Assembly: GCA_965219685.1 (NCBI GenBank)
Contig: CBDCOH010000002.1
Span: 3,200,001 to 3,264,000 of the forward strand
DNA: 64,000 bases
Direction of reading: 5' to 3'
From: Candidatus Spongiisociaceae bacterium
GTDB taxonomy: Bacteria > Actinomycetota > Acidimicrobiia > Spongiisociales > Spongiisociaceae
The translations under genes were made by a program, and so were the position numbers. Under the pieces are notes generated by a model. The model had not been told where the DNA came from, searched no databases, and saw only the letters and a list, made by a program, of their open reading frames with translations. Each line of letters opens with the position of its first letter. Within the stretch, counting starts at the first letter, position 1. This document shows, piece after piece, positions 9,442 through 19,520 of this stretch.

Positions 9442-10776
9442 CTAGCGGGTTCCCTGCAGACCTTCGGTGGCCAGCAGCGCACCCTTCATGACGTCGATCA
9501 CCCTGGCGATGTCCTCGTCGCTGTGGGCGGTCGAGGTGAGCGCCAGATGGTCCCCCGGGATGAGCACCTCCTCCAGCATCAGGCGGACGTAGAACTCCCG
9601 CTCAGCCTGCGCCAGCGAGCGATCGAAGTCGCGGGCGGTCACGATCGGCCCGGCCTGGAAGCGCAGGTGGATCATCGAATGGGCCGCCCGGACCTGCACC
9701 GGTATCGAACGGCTCCGGCAGAACCCTCCGATCTGGTCCGTGAACATCCTCCCATGCCCGGCCAGCCGTCCGTAGAGGTCGGGATGGGAACGCAGATGAC
9801 CGATCGCAGCCGTACCGGCGATCATCGTCAGCGGGTTGCCGCCGAAGGTGCCGCCTGCGAACACCTTGTCCTGCTCGACGTCGTGCTTCTGCCACTCGAA
9901 GCGGCGCATGATGCCGGCGCGGCCCGCGACCGCCCCTACCGGCAGACCCCCTCCCAGCGCCTTGCCGTAGGCCGCGAGGTCGGGCGTGACCCCGAACTCC
10001 TCCTGTGCCCCACCGAAGGCGAGGCGGAAGCCGGTTACCACCTCGTCGAACATGAGTAGGACACCTGTCTCCCGGCAGACGGCGGACAACTCGCGGAGGA
10101 AGTCCCCGCACTCGAGGCCGGGATTCGATCCCTGGACTGGTTCGATCAGCACCACCGCGAGCCGGTCCCGGTTCCGGCGGATGAGGTCGAACGCGGCCCC
10201 GTGGCGGTAGGGGAGCATCAGCACGTCGTCCAGCGTGGCAGCGGGAATGCCCCGTCCCATGGGAGCCGGAGCGGGCCGGTCCCGGGGACTCCCGTGCTCG
10301 GCCTGCACCAGCACCGCATCGTGGGCTCCGTGGTAGGAGCCTTCGAACACCGCGATCCCCGACTTGGCTGTGTGGGCCCTGGCCACCCGGATGCCGTACA
10401 TGGTCGCCTCGGTCCCTGTGTTGCAGAACATCACCAGGTCCGCGCAAGGCACCCCCTCGCGCAACAGTTCCGCCAGCGGCTCCTGGTACGGGGTGTGGAT
10501 ACCGAACTGGGTTCCCCGGGACACCGCTTCCTGCACAGCGGCAACGATGGCGGGATGGGCATGACCGAGCACGTGGCTCCCGAAGCCCATGGTCAGGTCT
10601 ATGTACTCGTTGCCGTCCACGTCCACGACCTTCGAGCCCGAACCCTCGACGATGTATACCGGGTAGGGCATGTCGACGGTGCCGACCACCTCCAGCGCGA
10701 TCGACTTCCTCGCCTGCTCGTAGAGTTCTCGCGATCTCGGGGTGCGGCGGAGAAACTCCTTGTAAGGGTCTGCCAT
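9442..10776 (-). CDS. Class III PLP aminotransferase, GSA-aminomutase-like (second paralog)
   Basis: DVDGNEYID, FEGSYHG, MFDEVVTGFR, YGKALGGG, GGTFGGNP. Confidence 0.9.
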   Translation of the reverse strand: MADPYKEFLRRTPRSRELYEQARKSIALEVVGTVDMPYPVYIVEGSGSKVVDVDGNEYIDLTMGFGSHVLGHAHPAIVAAVQEAVSRGTQFGIHTPYQEPLAELLREGVPCADLVMFCNTGTEATMYGIRVARAHTAKSGIAVFEGSYHGAHDAVLVQAEHGSPRDRPAPAPMGRGIPAATLDDVLMLPYRHGAAFDLIRRNRDRLAVVLIEPVQGSNPGLECGDFLRELSAVCRETGVLLMFDEVVTGFRLAFGGAQEEFGVTPDLAAYGKALGGGLPVGAVAGRAGIMRRFEWQKHDVEQDKVFAGGTFGGNPLTMIAGTAAIGHLRSHPDLYGRLAGHGRMFTDQIGGFCRSRSIPVQVRAAHSMIHLRFQAGPIVTARDFDRSLAQAEREFYVRLMLEEVLIPGDHLALTSTAHSDEDIARVIDVMKGALLATEGLQGTR

Positions 10777-10805
10777 GAGAATTCCCTCGTAGTCGGCTGT
10801 TCCGG

Positions 10806-11825
10806 TCAGGGAATCAGCACGGCCCTCCCTCGAACCTTGCCTTCCTCCAGCCGGACGAACACCTCGTTGATGCTATCAAGGGGATGACGTTCGACCACGG
10901 GCTTGACCCGACCTTCCCTGGCGAGGGTGATGACCTGTCTGAGTTCGTCCCGGCTCCCCCAGTAGGCGGTGTACAGGTCCACCTCGGCCGGGAAGTCGAG
11001 GAAAGAGTAGGGAAGGGTACCAAGGCCCAGTCCCACGATGACGATCAAGGACCGGCGCTTCACCACCTGCTTCACCACCGCCAGGGTGGTGTCGCTGCCC
11101 ACGAAGTCGAGCACAACGTCGGCGCCTTCGCCCGCCCCTAGATCCCTGACGGCTTCGACCACGTCCACTTCGCCCGGGTCGAGCACTACGTCGGCGCCGA
11201 ACTCCGATGCGAGTCCCCTGGCGCGGGACGAGGTGTCCACTGCCACAACCCGGGCTGCCGTGAGCGCCTTCAGATACTGAATCCCCATGTGGCCGAGGCC
11301 GCCGATACCGATGGCGACCGTGAGGGAGCCGGGCACCAGCCGGGGAAGGGCCCGCCGGACGGCGCGATACGGGGTCAGCCCGGCGTCGGTCAGGCACGCA
11401 GCGTCGACCGGATCGAGGTCGCCGATCGGCTCGAGGTGGCGCTGCGCGGGTACCAGTACGTACTCGGCGTAACCACCCGGAGGGCCGTGGCCGACCCACC
11501 GGGACTCGTCGCACATGTGCTCGCGACCGGAGGTGCAGTAGCAACAGATCCCGCAACCCCAAGCCCCGAAGACAGCCACAGCCTCCCCCTCGTCGAGACC
11601 CTCCACACCGGACCCCAGGGCAGCCACCCGCCCGGCGTTCTCATGGCCGAGGATCATGGGGAACGCGTCGATGATCGGGAACTTGCCCATCATCACCGAG
11701 AGATCGGAATGGCACGCTCCTGCTCCCGCGACCTCGACCAGAACCTCGCCGGGCCCCGGCTCGGGTGTCGGAACCTCCCGCACGTCCCAGGGCGTGTTGT
11801 AAGCGTCGAGCAGCGCGGCCTTCAT
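10806..11825 (-). CDS. Zn-dependent NAD(P) alcohol dehydrogenase (MDR family)
   Basis: GACHSD, GHENAG, CGICCYC...C structural Zn site, GIGGLG. Confidence 0.93.
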   Translation of the reverse strand: MKAALLDAYNTPWDVREVPTPEPGPGEVLVEVAGAGACHSDLSVMMGKFPIIDAFPMILGHENAGRVAALGSGVEGLDEGEAVAVFGAWGCGICCYCTSGREHMCDESRWVGHGPPGGYAEYVLVPAQRHLEPIGDLDPVDAACLTDAGLTPYRAVRRALPRLVPGSLTVAIGIGGLGHMGIQYLKALTAARVVAVDTSSRARGLASEFGADVVLDPGEVDVVEAVRDLGAGEGADVVLDFVGSDTTLAVVKQVVKRRSLIVIVGLGLGTLPYSFLDFPAEVDLYTAYWGSRDELRQVITLAREGRVKPVVERHPLDSINEVFVRLEEGKVRGRAVLIP

Positions 11826-11835
11826 CTGCGAAAGA

Positions 11836-12204
11836 CTACGCGTCGGGAGACTCGGGCTCCTTTAGAACGTCCACCAGATGTTCCGTCTGGAGTATCCACC
11901 GTTCCAACTCGGCCGCGGTGGGACCGAGTTCGTAGTGATGGTGATGGCAGGCCCGGCTCAACGACGCCCAAGCCGACCGAACATCGCTGACAAGTCGCTT
12001 GTCAGCGAACATCAGGCCGAGGCAGGCCAGTTGCGTCGCGCGGCTGGCGCTCTTGGCACCCGGATAGGTTGCCTCCCAGAGCCGGTCCATCGAGTCTTCG
12101 AGGGCCTGACGGGTCAGCAGCGCCGCGGCGCGGGGCCACACTCCCTCCGGCCCTTCCCGCCGCTTGATCAACCGGCGCGCGTAGCGGATGAGATCGGTTG
12201 TCAT
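11836..12204 (-). CDS. Hypothetical helical protein, HEPN-like
   Basis: Translationally coupled to the ATPase (ATGA overlap); LTRQALE and LSRACHHH resemble HEPN E-helix and Rx4H features. Confidence 0.65.
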   Translation of the reverse strand: MTTDLIRYARRLIKRREGPEGVWPRAAALLTRQALEDSMDRLWEATYPGAKSASRATQLACLGLMFADKRLVSDVRSAWASLSRACHHHHYELGPTAAELERWILQTEHLVDVLKEPESPDA

Positions 12205-14603
12205 ATCCGACGGATCCGCTCGGCCAAGCCCTGACAGTCGTTGATGAGCTCGACCAAGGAACCGGGGAATCGCTTGTGGGTACCCCGATTCGCATCCCAG
12301 AAGGCGTCAGCGAACCGATGCCCCCACTTTCGGCTCATACGGTGAGACACATCGCCGGCCCGTCCGGGATCGTCAAAGAGAGCGAGAGCGGTCTTCCTAG
12401 TTAGGGTGCGCGCTTGGTCGAGCGTGTCATCCACTCCGGAATGAGGTTCACCCCGGCCCAGCCGTCGACGCCTCACCACCTCGACACAGGCGGCCTCGAG
12501 ACCGTCCCGGCAGATTCCGGGTACGACCCTTGTTGCCACCTCCTCCGGAAGCTCCGCGTCCAGGGCAATCGCGCGGGCATCTATGAAGTACTGGACGACG
12601 GGATCCTGCTTCTCACGTACCTCGACGTTCGACCCTGGTTTGCGCGTTACCTGGATGCAGGTATGGGGCATCCGCAGGCGGCGAAGCGACTCGGCCAGGC
12701 GGTCGTCGTGCGTGAACACGATGAGCTGGCGCTCGGCCGCTATCTCGGAGAAGACACGGGCCAGACCGTCAACACGGGCAGGATCCATCGATTGGATCGG
12801 GTCGTCGATCACCAGAAACCGGAACGGATTACTTGCCAGCGTTGCGCGGGGGAAGAACAGGGAGAGCGCGAGACAGCTGATCTCCCCCTGGCTGGCTACC
12901 GCCAGAGCCTGGGCCTCAGTCCCGTCGACCTCCACCGTGAGGTCTACGTGGCGCCTGGTTCGGGATCCCGCGAGTTCCACAGACCGTAGGTCGACATTGC
13001 TCTGGAGCCGGAGATCTTTCCAGAGTCCGAGCGCCCTGGTTTCTATCGGTACCCACCGGGCCGCCCGCAGCGATGCCGTGGCCTTCTTAAGCGCCTTCTC
13101 GGCGGCTTTGATCCACCCGATGATCGTGCGTGTGGCCACGACCCGCCGAGCCTTGGCCACCCACTCCATGAGATCGGGCAGGACGGACGCCCAGCTCTGT
13201 TCGCGCTCGGAGTACCGCGCGACAGCCTGTTTGGAAACTCGCTCAGCTTCTCTAGCCACCAACCCGTAAGCCGACAGCAGGTGGTCGGGCAAGTCATCCG
13301 GCCGGTCCGGAAACGCCGCCCACATTGACCAGGCAACCGATAGCGCTGTCGTGTCGACCTCCTTAGGGGCGGGTAGGACAGGAATCTCGACCAGAGTCCG
13401 TGCGCTGCGGAGCGCCCCCTGGAGCTGGCTCTCAGCTTCCCGGTACCGTCTCGTCGACCGGGTCAGCCTGGCAACTTCATCCTCGGTTGCGCGTCGCCAT
13501 ACCGTGTCGAGGGTTCCCACACCACATACGGGACAGGACTCATCGCCATGGCGCCGATGGTGCTCCAAAGCGGTTCTCAGAACCTGGAGCAACTGCTGAT
13601 CTCGTTCGGAGTCCGTGCCCGCCATCTGTCCCAGCTCTCCGTGAGCGGCTTCCACCCGCCCAGCAACCCGGAGCACTTCTACTTCATCTGGTACCTCAAG
13701 GGCTGCCAATGCACCGAGCGATTCCTGTTCGGAGTCGGGTTTCGATCCGAGGCCAGCAAGGGTGTCGAGATCCCAATCTCTTCTCCTGAGGGCCTTGACA
13801 GCTGTCTCCGCGCGTTTGTCCTCTAGGCTCTCAAGCGCCGGCAGCAGGTGATCGAGCCGTGTTCTCCTAACTTCCTTCTCGAGCCTGGACCGGCGGAGAC
13901 GGGTAGCTGCCAGCACCCTTGTCGCTTCACCGAGCGACTCCAGTCCGAGCACCGCCGCCAGGGTGTCGAACAACTCCGAAGGGCGAGCGCCGATCATCCC
14001 CAGTTCGTTGTAGGAGAGAAGCGGGCGGTAGAGGTCGAGGGCGCCATCCCAGCCGACTCCGGCGAGGTCCGTACGTTTCTCCCCGTAGTGCTGCGCGGTG
14101 GTGGCAGCCTGTTCGAACTCGGCGTTCTCGGACCAGGACTTCTCAACAGTCGTGAGCCCTCCCTTGCCGGCGACCTGAAACCGGGCCGTGATCGTGGGTC
14201 GAGATCCGCTGTGGAGGTTCCTCCAACCGTCCTTCCACGGCCCGCTGCGGTCCTGCCAACGTAGCGCATTACCGGTAAGCAACACTTCCAAGGCCTCGGC
14301 GAAGCTGGACTTGCCCGAACCGTTGCGGCCCACGACCACGGTAAGGCCGGGACCAGGTGGGAACGCCAGCTTTACTTCAGGACCGATCCCACGGAACCCC
14401 GACACAGTGAGGTCTTGGAGGTAGACGGAAGCGGGGTCTGTATCGGCGCCGGTCGTCCTGTCCGTTGGGTACTCGACCGATCCTCCCTCGAGTACCTGCT
14501 CAACCGCCTCCTCGCTATCGAGGGAGGCCATCACCAGGTCGAGCGTGCGGTTGTCCACGTCTTGTTCGGCGAGTTCCTCCAGTATCTCCTGGTACAACGT
14601 CAT
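12201..14603 (-). CDS. SMC/Rad50-like ABC ATPase with zinc hook
   Basis: Walker A GRNGSGKS, coiled coils, CPVC, signature ASQGE, Walker B LVIDDP, FTHD; ATG at 14603 after GGAGG. Confidence 0.85.
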   Translation of the reverse strand: MTLYQEILEELAEQDVDNRTLDLVMASLDSEEAVEQVLEGGSVEYPTDRTTGADTDPASVYLQDLTVSGFRGIGPEVKLAFPPGPGLTVVVGRNGSGKSSFAEALEVLLTGNALRWQDRSGPWKDGWRNLHSGSRPTITARFQVAGKGGLTTVEKSWSENAEFEQAATTAQHYGEKRTDLAGVGWDGALDLYRPLLSYNELGMIGARPSELFDTLAAVLGLESLGEATRVLAATRLRRSRLEKEVRRTRLDHLLPALESLEDKRAETAVKALRRRDWDLDTLAGLGSKPDSEQESLGALAALEVPDEVEVLRVAGRVEAAHGELGQMAGTDSERDQQLLQVLRTALEHHRRHGDESCPVCGVGTLDTVWRRATEDEVARLTRSTRRYREAESQLQGALRSARTLVEIPVLPAPKEVDTTALSVAWSMWAAFPDRPDDLPDHLLSAYGLVAREAERVSKQAVARYSEREQSWASVLPDLMEWVAKARRVVATRTIIGWIKAAEKALKKATASLRAARWVPIETRALGLWKDLRLQSNVDLRSVELAGSRTRRHVDLTVEVDGTEAQALAVASQGEISCLALSLFFPRATLASNPFRFLVIDDPIQSMDPARVDGLARVFSEIAAERQLIVFTHDDRLAESLRRLRMPHTCIQVTRKPGSNVEVREKQDPVVQYFIDARAIALDAELPEEVATRVVPGICRDGLEAACVEVVRRRRLGRGEPHSGVDDTLDQARTLTRKTALALFDDPGRAGDVSHRMSRKWGHRFADAFWDANRGTHKRFPGSLVELINDCQGLAERIRRI

Positions 14604-14712
14604 CTGGTCCTCCACCCCGCCGTTGGGGCCAACATAGATAAACGATGTGACACGCATCTCTGGCCAGCCCAGGACCGACGGTCACAACTGCCTGTGGGTA
14701 GCATTCCGGCGG

Positions 14713-15807
14713 ATGGCTGCGCCGTATCGGGATCAGTATGTGGACCTCCTGCGGTCGATCTCGCTGGTGGTAGTGGTGGTATGGCACTGGGTGTTCACCA
14801 TCCTCGTGGTCTCACCGGAAACCGTTTCGCCCTCGAACCCGATCGGCTTCACCCGCGGGCTGTGGGTGGCGACGTGGGTGCTGCAGGTGATGCCCGTGTT
14901 CTTCTTCGTAGGCGGCTACACCCACCACCGCTCCTTCCGCAACTACACCCGGGGAACCTCGCGGCGATTCCTCAAACGCCGCATGGGAAGGCTGCTGGCG
15001 CCGGCCATAGGGTTGATCGCGGTGTGGCTGGTGATCGGATGGGTACTCGAGATCACGATCGATCCGGCCTGGGTATGGTCGGCGGTGATCCTGGTCCTGT
15101 CGCCGCTCTGGTTCCTGATCGTCTACGTGGTGCTGGTACTGATCGCCCCGCTGGGAATCAGGGCCCACTGGCGCTGGGGCGAGGTGGTGCCCGTCTGGCT
15201 CCTGGGCCTGGCCGCGGTGTTGGACGTGCTGCGATTCGTCCACGGACAGGGCTGGGCGGCCTGGGCCAACTTCCTGGTGATCTGGGGGCTGGCCCACCAA
15301 CTCGGTTTCTTCTACGAGCGATTGGTGGCCGCTCCGGCCCGCACCGGCTGGATGATGTTCTGGGCCGGTCTCTTCTTCCTGATCGCGCTCACCAACATGG
15401 GCTTCTACCCGCGCTCCCTGGTAGGAGTGCCCGGAGAGCGCTTCTCCAACATGGGCCCGCCGACCCTGGCGATCGTCGCTTTGACCTTCCTTCAGGTAGG
15501 GCTGGTGCTGGTGATCCGTCCCAAGATTCTCGCCTGGTTGGAAAGAGGCGAACTGGCACAGCGCGTGGTGGGGTGGATCAACGAGCACGCCATGCCCCTC
15601 TACCTGTTCCACTCCACCGGCATGGCCGTGGTGGTGGCGATCCTGTTCGGCCTCGGTTACGTGCCCCCCGCCGAGCCCACCCTCGAATGGTGGCTCACCA
15701 GACCCCTCTGGCTGATCGGTCCCGCCATAGCCACATGGCCACTGCTGGCCCTCTACCGAGTCACCAAACGGCCTGCTGCCCCGCCCGTCCCGAAGCTCGC
15801 CGATTAG
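14713..15807 (+). CDS. Acyltransferase family 3 (OafA-like) membrane protein
   Basis: RDQYVDLLR, VWHW, QVMPVFFFVGG, SNMGPPT, YLFH; many TM helices; start uncertain (14647 or 14713). Confidence 0.85.
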   Translation: MAAPYRDQYVDLLRSISLVVVVVWHWVFTILVVSPETVSPSNPIGFTRGLWVATWVLQVMPVFFFVGGYTHHRSFRNYTRGTSRRFLKRRMGRLLAPAIGLIAVWLVIGWVLEITIDPAWVWSAVILVLSPLWFLIVYVVLVLIAPLGIRAHWRWGEVVPVWLLGLAAVLDVLRFVHGQGWAAWANFLVIWGLAHQLGFFYERLVAAPARTGWMMFWAGLFFLIALTNMGFYPRSLVGVPGERFSNMGPPTLAIVALTFLQVGLVLVIRPKILAWLERGELAQRVVGWINEHAMPLYLFHSTGMAVVVAILFGLGYVPPAEPTLEWWLTRPLWLIGPAIATWPLLALYRVTKRPAAPPVPKLAD

Positions 15808-16007
15808 ACCTGTGCCCTGCGGGCGACGGCTCTGGTCGCGAGTTGCGCCATAGCCACGCTAAAAATGTCACGCGTGTAGGTTATCCTCAGACCATGGTCA
15901 GTCGAGTTCCCCCAGCACCCCCCGAGGACGCCGGCCGCGTTCTTGAGATGCTCCTGGATGCCGGAGTCGTGTGGGGAGATGCGTCCCAATAGTTACCCCG
16001 ACTCCCG

Positions 16008-16023
16008 CCCCCCCCCCCCCCCC
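16008..16023. repeat. Poly-C homopolymer (16 nt)
   Basis: Uninterrupted C run in intergenic DNA. Confidence 0.85.
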
Positions 16024-16259
16024 GAACTCCGTCGACTTGTTCTTCATGTCACCCCCCTAACCGGACGCTCGCTCCTATTCCCGGATCTCACCAGAGCGAC
16101 ATGTGGATTGGTTCGTACCCTTTGCTCGAGCCATGCTGAGCGCGGCCTCAGAAACCGGCTCGTTCGTGTTGAACAGCGGTCGGCGTGCGGGCGAGCCGTT
16201 CGAAGCTATCGCCAGCCCCGCAAAGAGAGGTCAGCGGAGCAGACCACTGGCCGGAGGAC

Positions 16260-18590
16260 TCAACCGAGATCCCCTACCCGATATCCCGAGGGCGGTTGTA
16301 CTCCCATGAGGTGCTCCACGAAGTAGTCCCAGCGGCGGCGGGTGAAGTATGGATCCTCGTTCCAGGTACCCCACGTGGCGGCATAGTCATGGTTCCGGTT
16401 GGGGAGCACCAGCAGGTCGAAGTCCCGGTTCGCTTCGATCAGAGCATCGACCAACTGCAGGGTTGCCGCAGGATTGACGTTGTCGTCGAGATCCCCGGTC
16501 ACCAGTAGCAGCTTGCCTCGAAGGTTCCCGGCCAGCGTCCGGTTGGCCTGGGTGTCCCAGCCGGGTCCCGGGATGGGTCCGACCCAGCGTTCGCCCCATG
16601 TGACGTTGGTGAGAGCCTGGTCGTGGTTGCCTGACGACGCCACGCCCACGCGATACAGGTCGGGGTGTTCCATCATCGCCCGGACCACGGCGTATGCGCC
16701 TGCGGAGTGGCCGTAGATTCCGACCCGGTCGAGATCGAGATACGGTCTGGCCTCGGCCAACTGCGCCAACACCGCCACGTGATCGGCAAGGCTCCCCACC
16801 GGCCCGACCTCGCCGTACTGTGCATCGAGGAAGGCCTTGGATCTCCCCGGCGTTCCCCGCCCGTCGACGGTGAACACTACGAATCCGAGTTCGGCCAGAC
16901 AGCGGGTGCTCTCCCCCACCACGTCGGTGAAACCACGGGGTGTTCTCGTGGCTTGGGAACCCGGGTAGATGCTCTCGATAACCGGATACTTCTGGGCGGG
17001 GTCGAAGTCGTAGGGCAGGACGATCATCCCGTACAGATCGGTCTCACCGTCGCTCGCCTTGGCGGTGAACCGCTCCGGGTATCTCCATCCCGTGGCCAGG
17101 AGAGGCGAGATGTCGGCTTCGGCCACCTCTGCGACCAATTCGCCCGAGGACTTCCTCAGCACCGTCCTGGGTGGTTGATCGATCCGCGAGAAGCTGTCCA
17201 CGAAGTAGCGGCCGTCCGGAGAGAAGTCCACCCACGGAGGCCACTCTCCGTGCTCGGCGTCCTCCGGGGTCAGGAGGCGTGGCGCCCCTCCGTCGAGGCT
17301 CACGGCATAGAGGTGGTGGTAGTAGGGATCCCTGGAGGGTTCCATGCCGGTGCCCATGAAGAAGGCGGTCCGCGTCTCCTCATCGACCCTCAACAGGTCG
17401 GTGACCAGCCACTCGCCTCCGGTCAGCTGCCTTATGGGTTGGCCGTTGCCGTCGAGAAGGTACAGGTGACCCCAACCGCTCCTGGCGGAGTACCAGATGA
17501 TCTCCTGATGATCCTCCCCAACCCAGACGTTGGGAGCGCCGTAGTAGAGGGCGTTGAGGTCGATCGGCGTTTCGCTCTCCTCCTCCACGAGCACCGAGCA
17601 GTCACCGGTCGCCGGATCGGCTGAGACCAGCCGGACGGAACGCCGGTCCCGATCCCAGTGCAGGAAGCACAGCGCGTCGCCGCGAGCGGACCACCAGGCA
17701 TGACCCAACTCGATGGGAGTCAGGAACGACGACTCCAGCGGAGCCCACGACAGGTCGGTGCGGCCACCGGTCTCGGTATCGAATACCACCAGATGGGCCA
17801 GCGGCAGTTCGGTATCGCCCGGCAGCGCTTGGCGATACGTATGAATCCGGGGTCGCCGAGATCCGTCCTGCGGGGCTCCTTGCCACAGGTGCATCGCCCC
17901 GACCCGCCGTTCGTCGAGCCGATGGGTCAGCAGGTACCGCTCGCCGGGAGACCAGAGCACCTTCGGGGGGACGCTCCGGTTTCCGAGACGGTCGGTGACC
18001 GCCGAGTTGCGACCCTCGGGAGACGATCCGTAGCCGTAGAAGGCTTCGGCGTCGCGGGTGAGGGCCGTCGACGTGCCTTCAACGTGATCGACCAGCACCA
18101 TGTCGCCCTCACCGGCTCTCACCTCGTGTCTGCCGGACGGTGAGATACTCCGCTGCCCCGACCCTCGCTCCGGCGCCCGTTCCTGCACGGAGGAGCCGTC
18201 CAGCCCGCACTCCCAGGCGCGGTCATCGACCACGAAAGCCATCCGGGAGCCATCGGCTGTGTAGTCGAATGTGGCGAACGGGAGGCGCCGCGGCTCGATC
18301 TCCCTTCCGAGGACCTTCGAGAGAGCACGGGCGACCAGCCGGTGGTCGAACGCCTCCCGCTGTTGGCCGTTCTCGGCTTCGACCAGCATGAAGCGGGGAC
18401 CCGAAACCGACTCTGACCGGTACCGGAAGGCAGTGGAGTCCGGTAGCCATCGCACGGGCGTCTCGAGATTGAACACCAGCGACTTGACGTTCCGATGGAG
18501 CATCGCTTCGGCGCGCCGGTAGCGCTCCCGCAAAGCCGGATGCCGGTCAGGGCTCATCGGTCCCGGTCCCGGCGAGACGGCGGCCGTCAC
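16260..18590 (-). CDS. S9 family peptidase (DPP IV-like)
   Basis: DPPIV_N propeller, GHSAG nucleophile, DDNV, RNH; GTG start overlapping the upstream stop (ORF track extends spuriously to 19358). Confidence 0.9.
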   Translation of the reverse strand: MTAAVSPGPGPMSPDRHPALRERYRRAEAMLHRNVKSLVFNLETPVRWLPDSTAFRYRSESVSGPRFMLVEAENGQQREAFDHRLVARALSKVLGREIEPRRLPFATFDYTADGSRMAFVVDDRAWECGLDGSSVQERAPERGSGQRSISPSGRHEVRAGEGDMVLVDHVEGTSTALTRDAEAFYGYGSSPEGRNSAVTDRLGNRSVPPKVLWSPGERYLLTHRLDERRVGAMHLWQGAPQDGSRRPRIHTYRQALPGDTELPLAHLVVFDTETGGRTDLSWAPLESSFLTPIELGHAWWSARGDALCFLHWDRDRRSVRLVSADPATGDCSVLVEEESETPIDLNALYYGAPNVWVGEDHQEIIWYSARSGWGHLYLLDGNGQPIRQLTGGEWLVTDLLRVDEETRTAFFMGTGMEPSRDPYYHHLYAVSLDGGAPRLLTPEDAEHGEWPPWVDFSPDGRYFVDSFSRIDQPPRTVLRKSSGELVAEVAEADISPLLATGWRYPERFTAKASDGETDLYGMIVLPYDFDPAQKYPVIESIYPGSQATRTPRGFTDVVGESTRCLAELGFVVFTVDGRGTPGRSKAFLDAQYGEVGPVGSLADHVAVLAQLAEARPYLDLDRVGIYGHSAGAYAVVRAMMEHPDLYRVGVASSGNHDQALTNVTWGERWVGPIPGPGWDTQANRTLAGNLRGKLLLVTGDLDDNVNPAATLQLVDALIEANRDFDLLVLPNRNHDYAATWGTWNEDPYFTRRRWDYFVEHLMGVQPPSGYRVGDLG

Positions 18591-19513
18591 AGCAGTCCCC
18601 GGAGGAGCTCTCGTCTGACACCCGCGACGTAGGTGATGGTCGGGTTGACCACCTGGGTGGCGCGCGCTTCGAGGACCTGGCCCAGCAACAGGACGGCTTC
18701 CCGGGGTTCGAGCCCGTAGTCGGCATGGAGCCAGCGGATCAACTCGTTCACTGCCAGTCTGAATGCTCCTTCGGCGGGGCGGTCGGCCGCCACCGTGAAG
18801 ATCCGATCGGTGGTGATGATCCGGGGCCAGAGCATCTCGGCCGGCCGTTGCATGAGTTCGACCCTCAGCCGCAGGAGGGCTCCCGTCTCGACACCGGTAC
18901 CCGCTATCTCGCCGTCGCCCTGCACTGCGTGGACATCGCCGAGGTGCAGCAGAGCACCGCGAACATTGACGGCCAGGCGTACCCTGGCCCCGGGCCCGAG
19001 TTCCTGCACATCCATGTTCCCGCCCCAGGGGCCGACCCGTACCGTCGACTGCGCCTCGTGGGCGGGAGCGACGGCAACCATTCCAACCATCGGCCTGATG
19101 GGGATGGTCAGTCGGCGATCCCAGATCACCCGATCGCCACGTATCCGTACGACACGCGCCGCGGCCACGTCCGAGGTCGTGACGGGTGTCGCCGGAAAGA
19201 GCGGGTTGTACCCCCAGAAGGCGGTGTATCCGACCGGCGCCAATTCTATGTCCTCGATCACGACTTCTATCGCCATCCCCGGCTTGGCTCCGTATACCCA
19301 TATGGCGCCCGAAGAAGGGTTGCCGCGCAGGACCTCGTAGGAATGGTATTTCGACCAATCATCCCGGAGGTCGTGAGGCACCGCCGAGATATCGGGACCT
19401 CGGTTCATCTGGGTGACCACCTCGAAAACCTCGCCCGGCTCCACCGACAGGGTCGTACGGTTGGTAGCACTTGCTTCGTAGTAGAGGGGAGAGGGCCCCT
19501 GGCGCCGTGTCAT
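18587..19513 (-). CDS. Acetamidase/formamidase family protein
   Basis: NPSSGAIWVYGAKPG, GGNMD, LGDVHAVQGDGE. Confidence 0.9.
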   Translation of the reverse strand: MTRRQGPSPLYYEASATNRTTLSVEPGEVFEVVTQMNRGPDISAVPHDLRDDWSKYHSYEVLRGNPSSGAIWVYGAKPGMAIEVVIEDIELAPVGYTAFWGYNPLFPATPVTTSDVAAARVVRIRGDRVIWDRRLTIPIRPMVGMVAVAPAHEAQSTVRVGPWGGNMDVQELGPGARVRLAVNVRGALLHLGDVHAVQGDGEIAGTGVETGALLRLRVELMQRPAEMLWPRIITTDRIFTVAADRPAEGAFRLAVNELIRWLHADYGLEPREAVLLLGQVLEARATQVVNPTITYVAGVRRELLRGLL

Positions 19514-19520
19514 CGACCGA

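Noticed and set aside
18591-19358. N-terminal extension making the S9 peptidase 1032 aa
   Set aside because: It overlaps the acetamidase gene in another frame; a coupled start at 18590 fits better.
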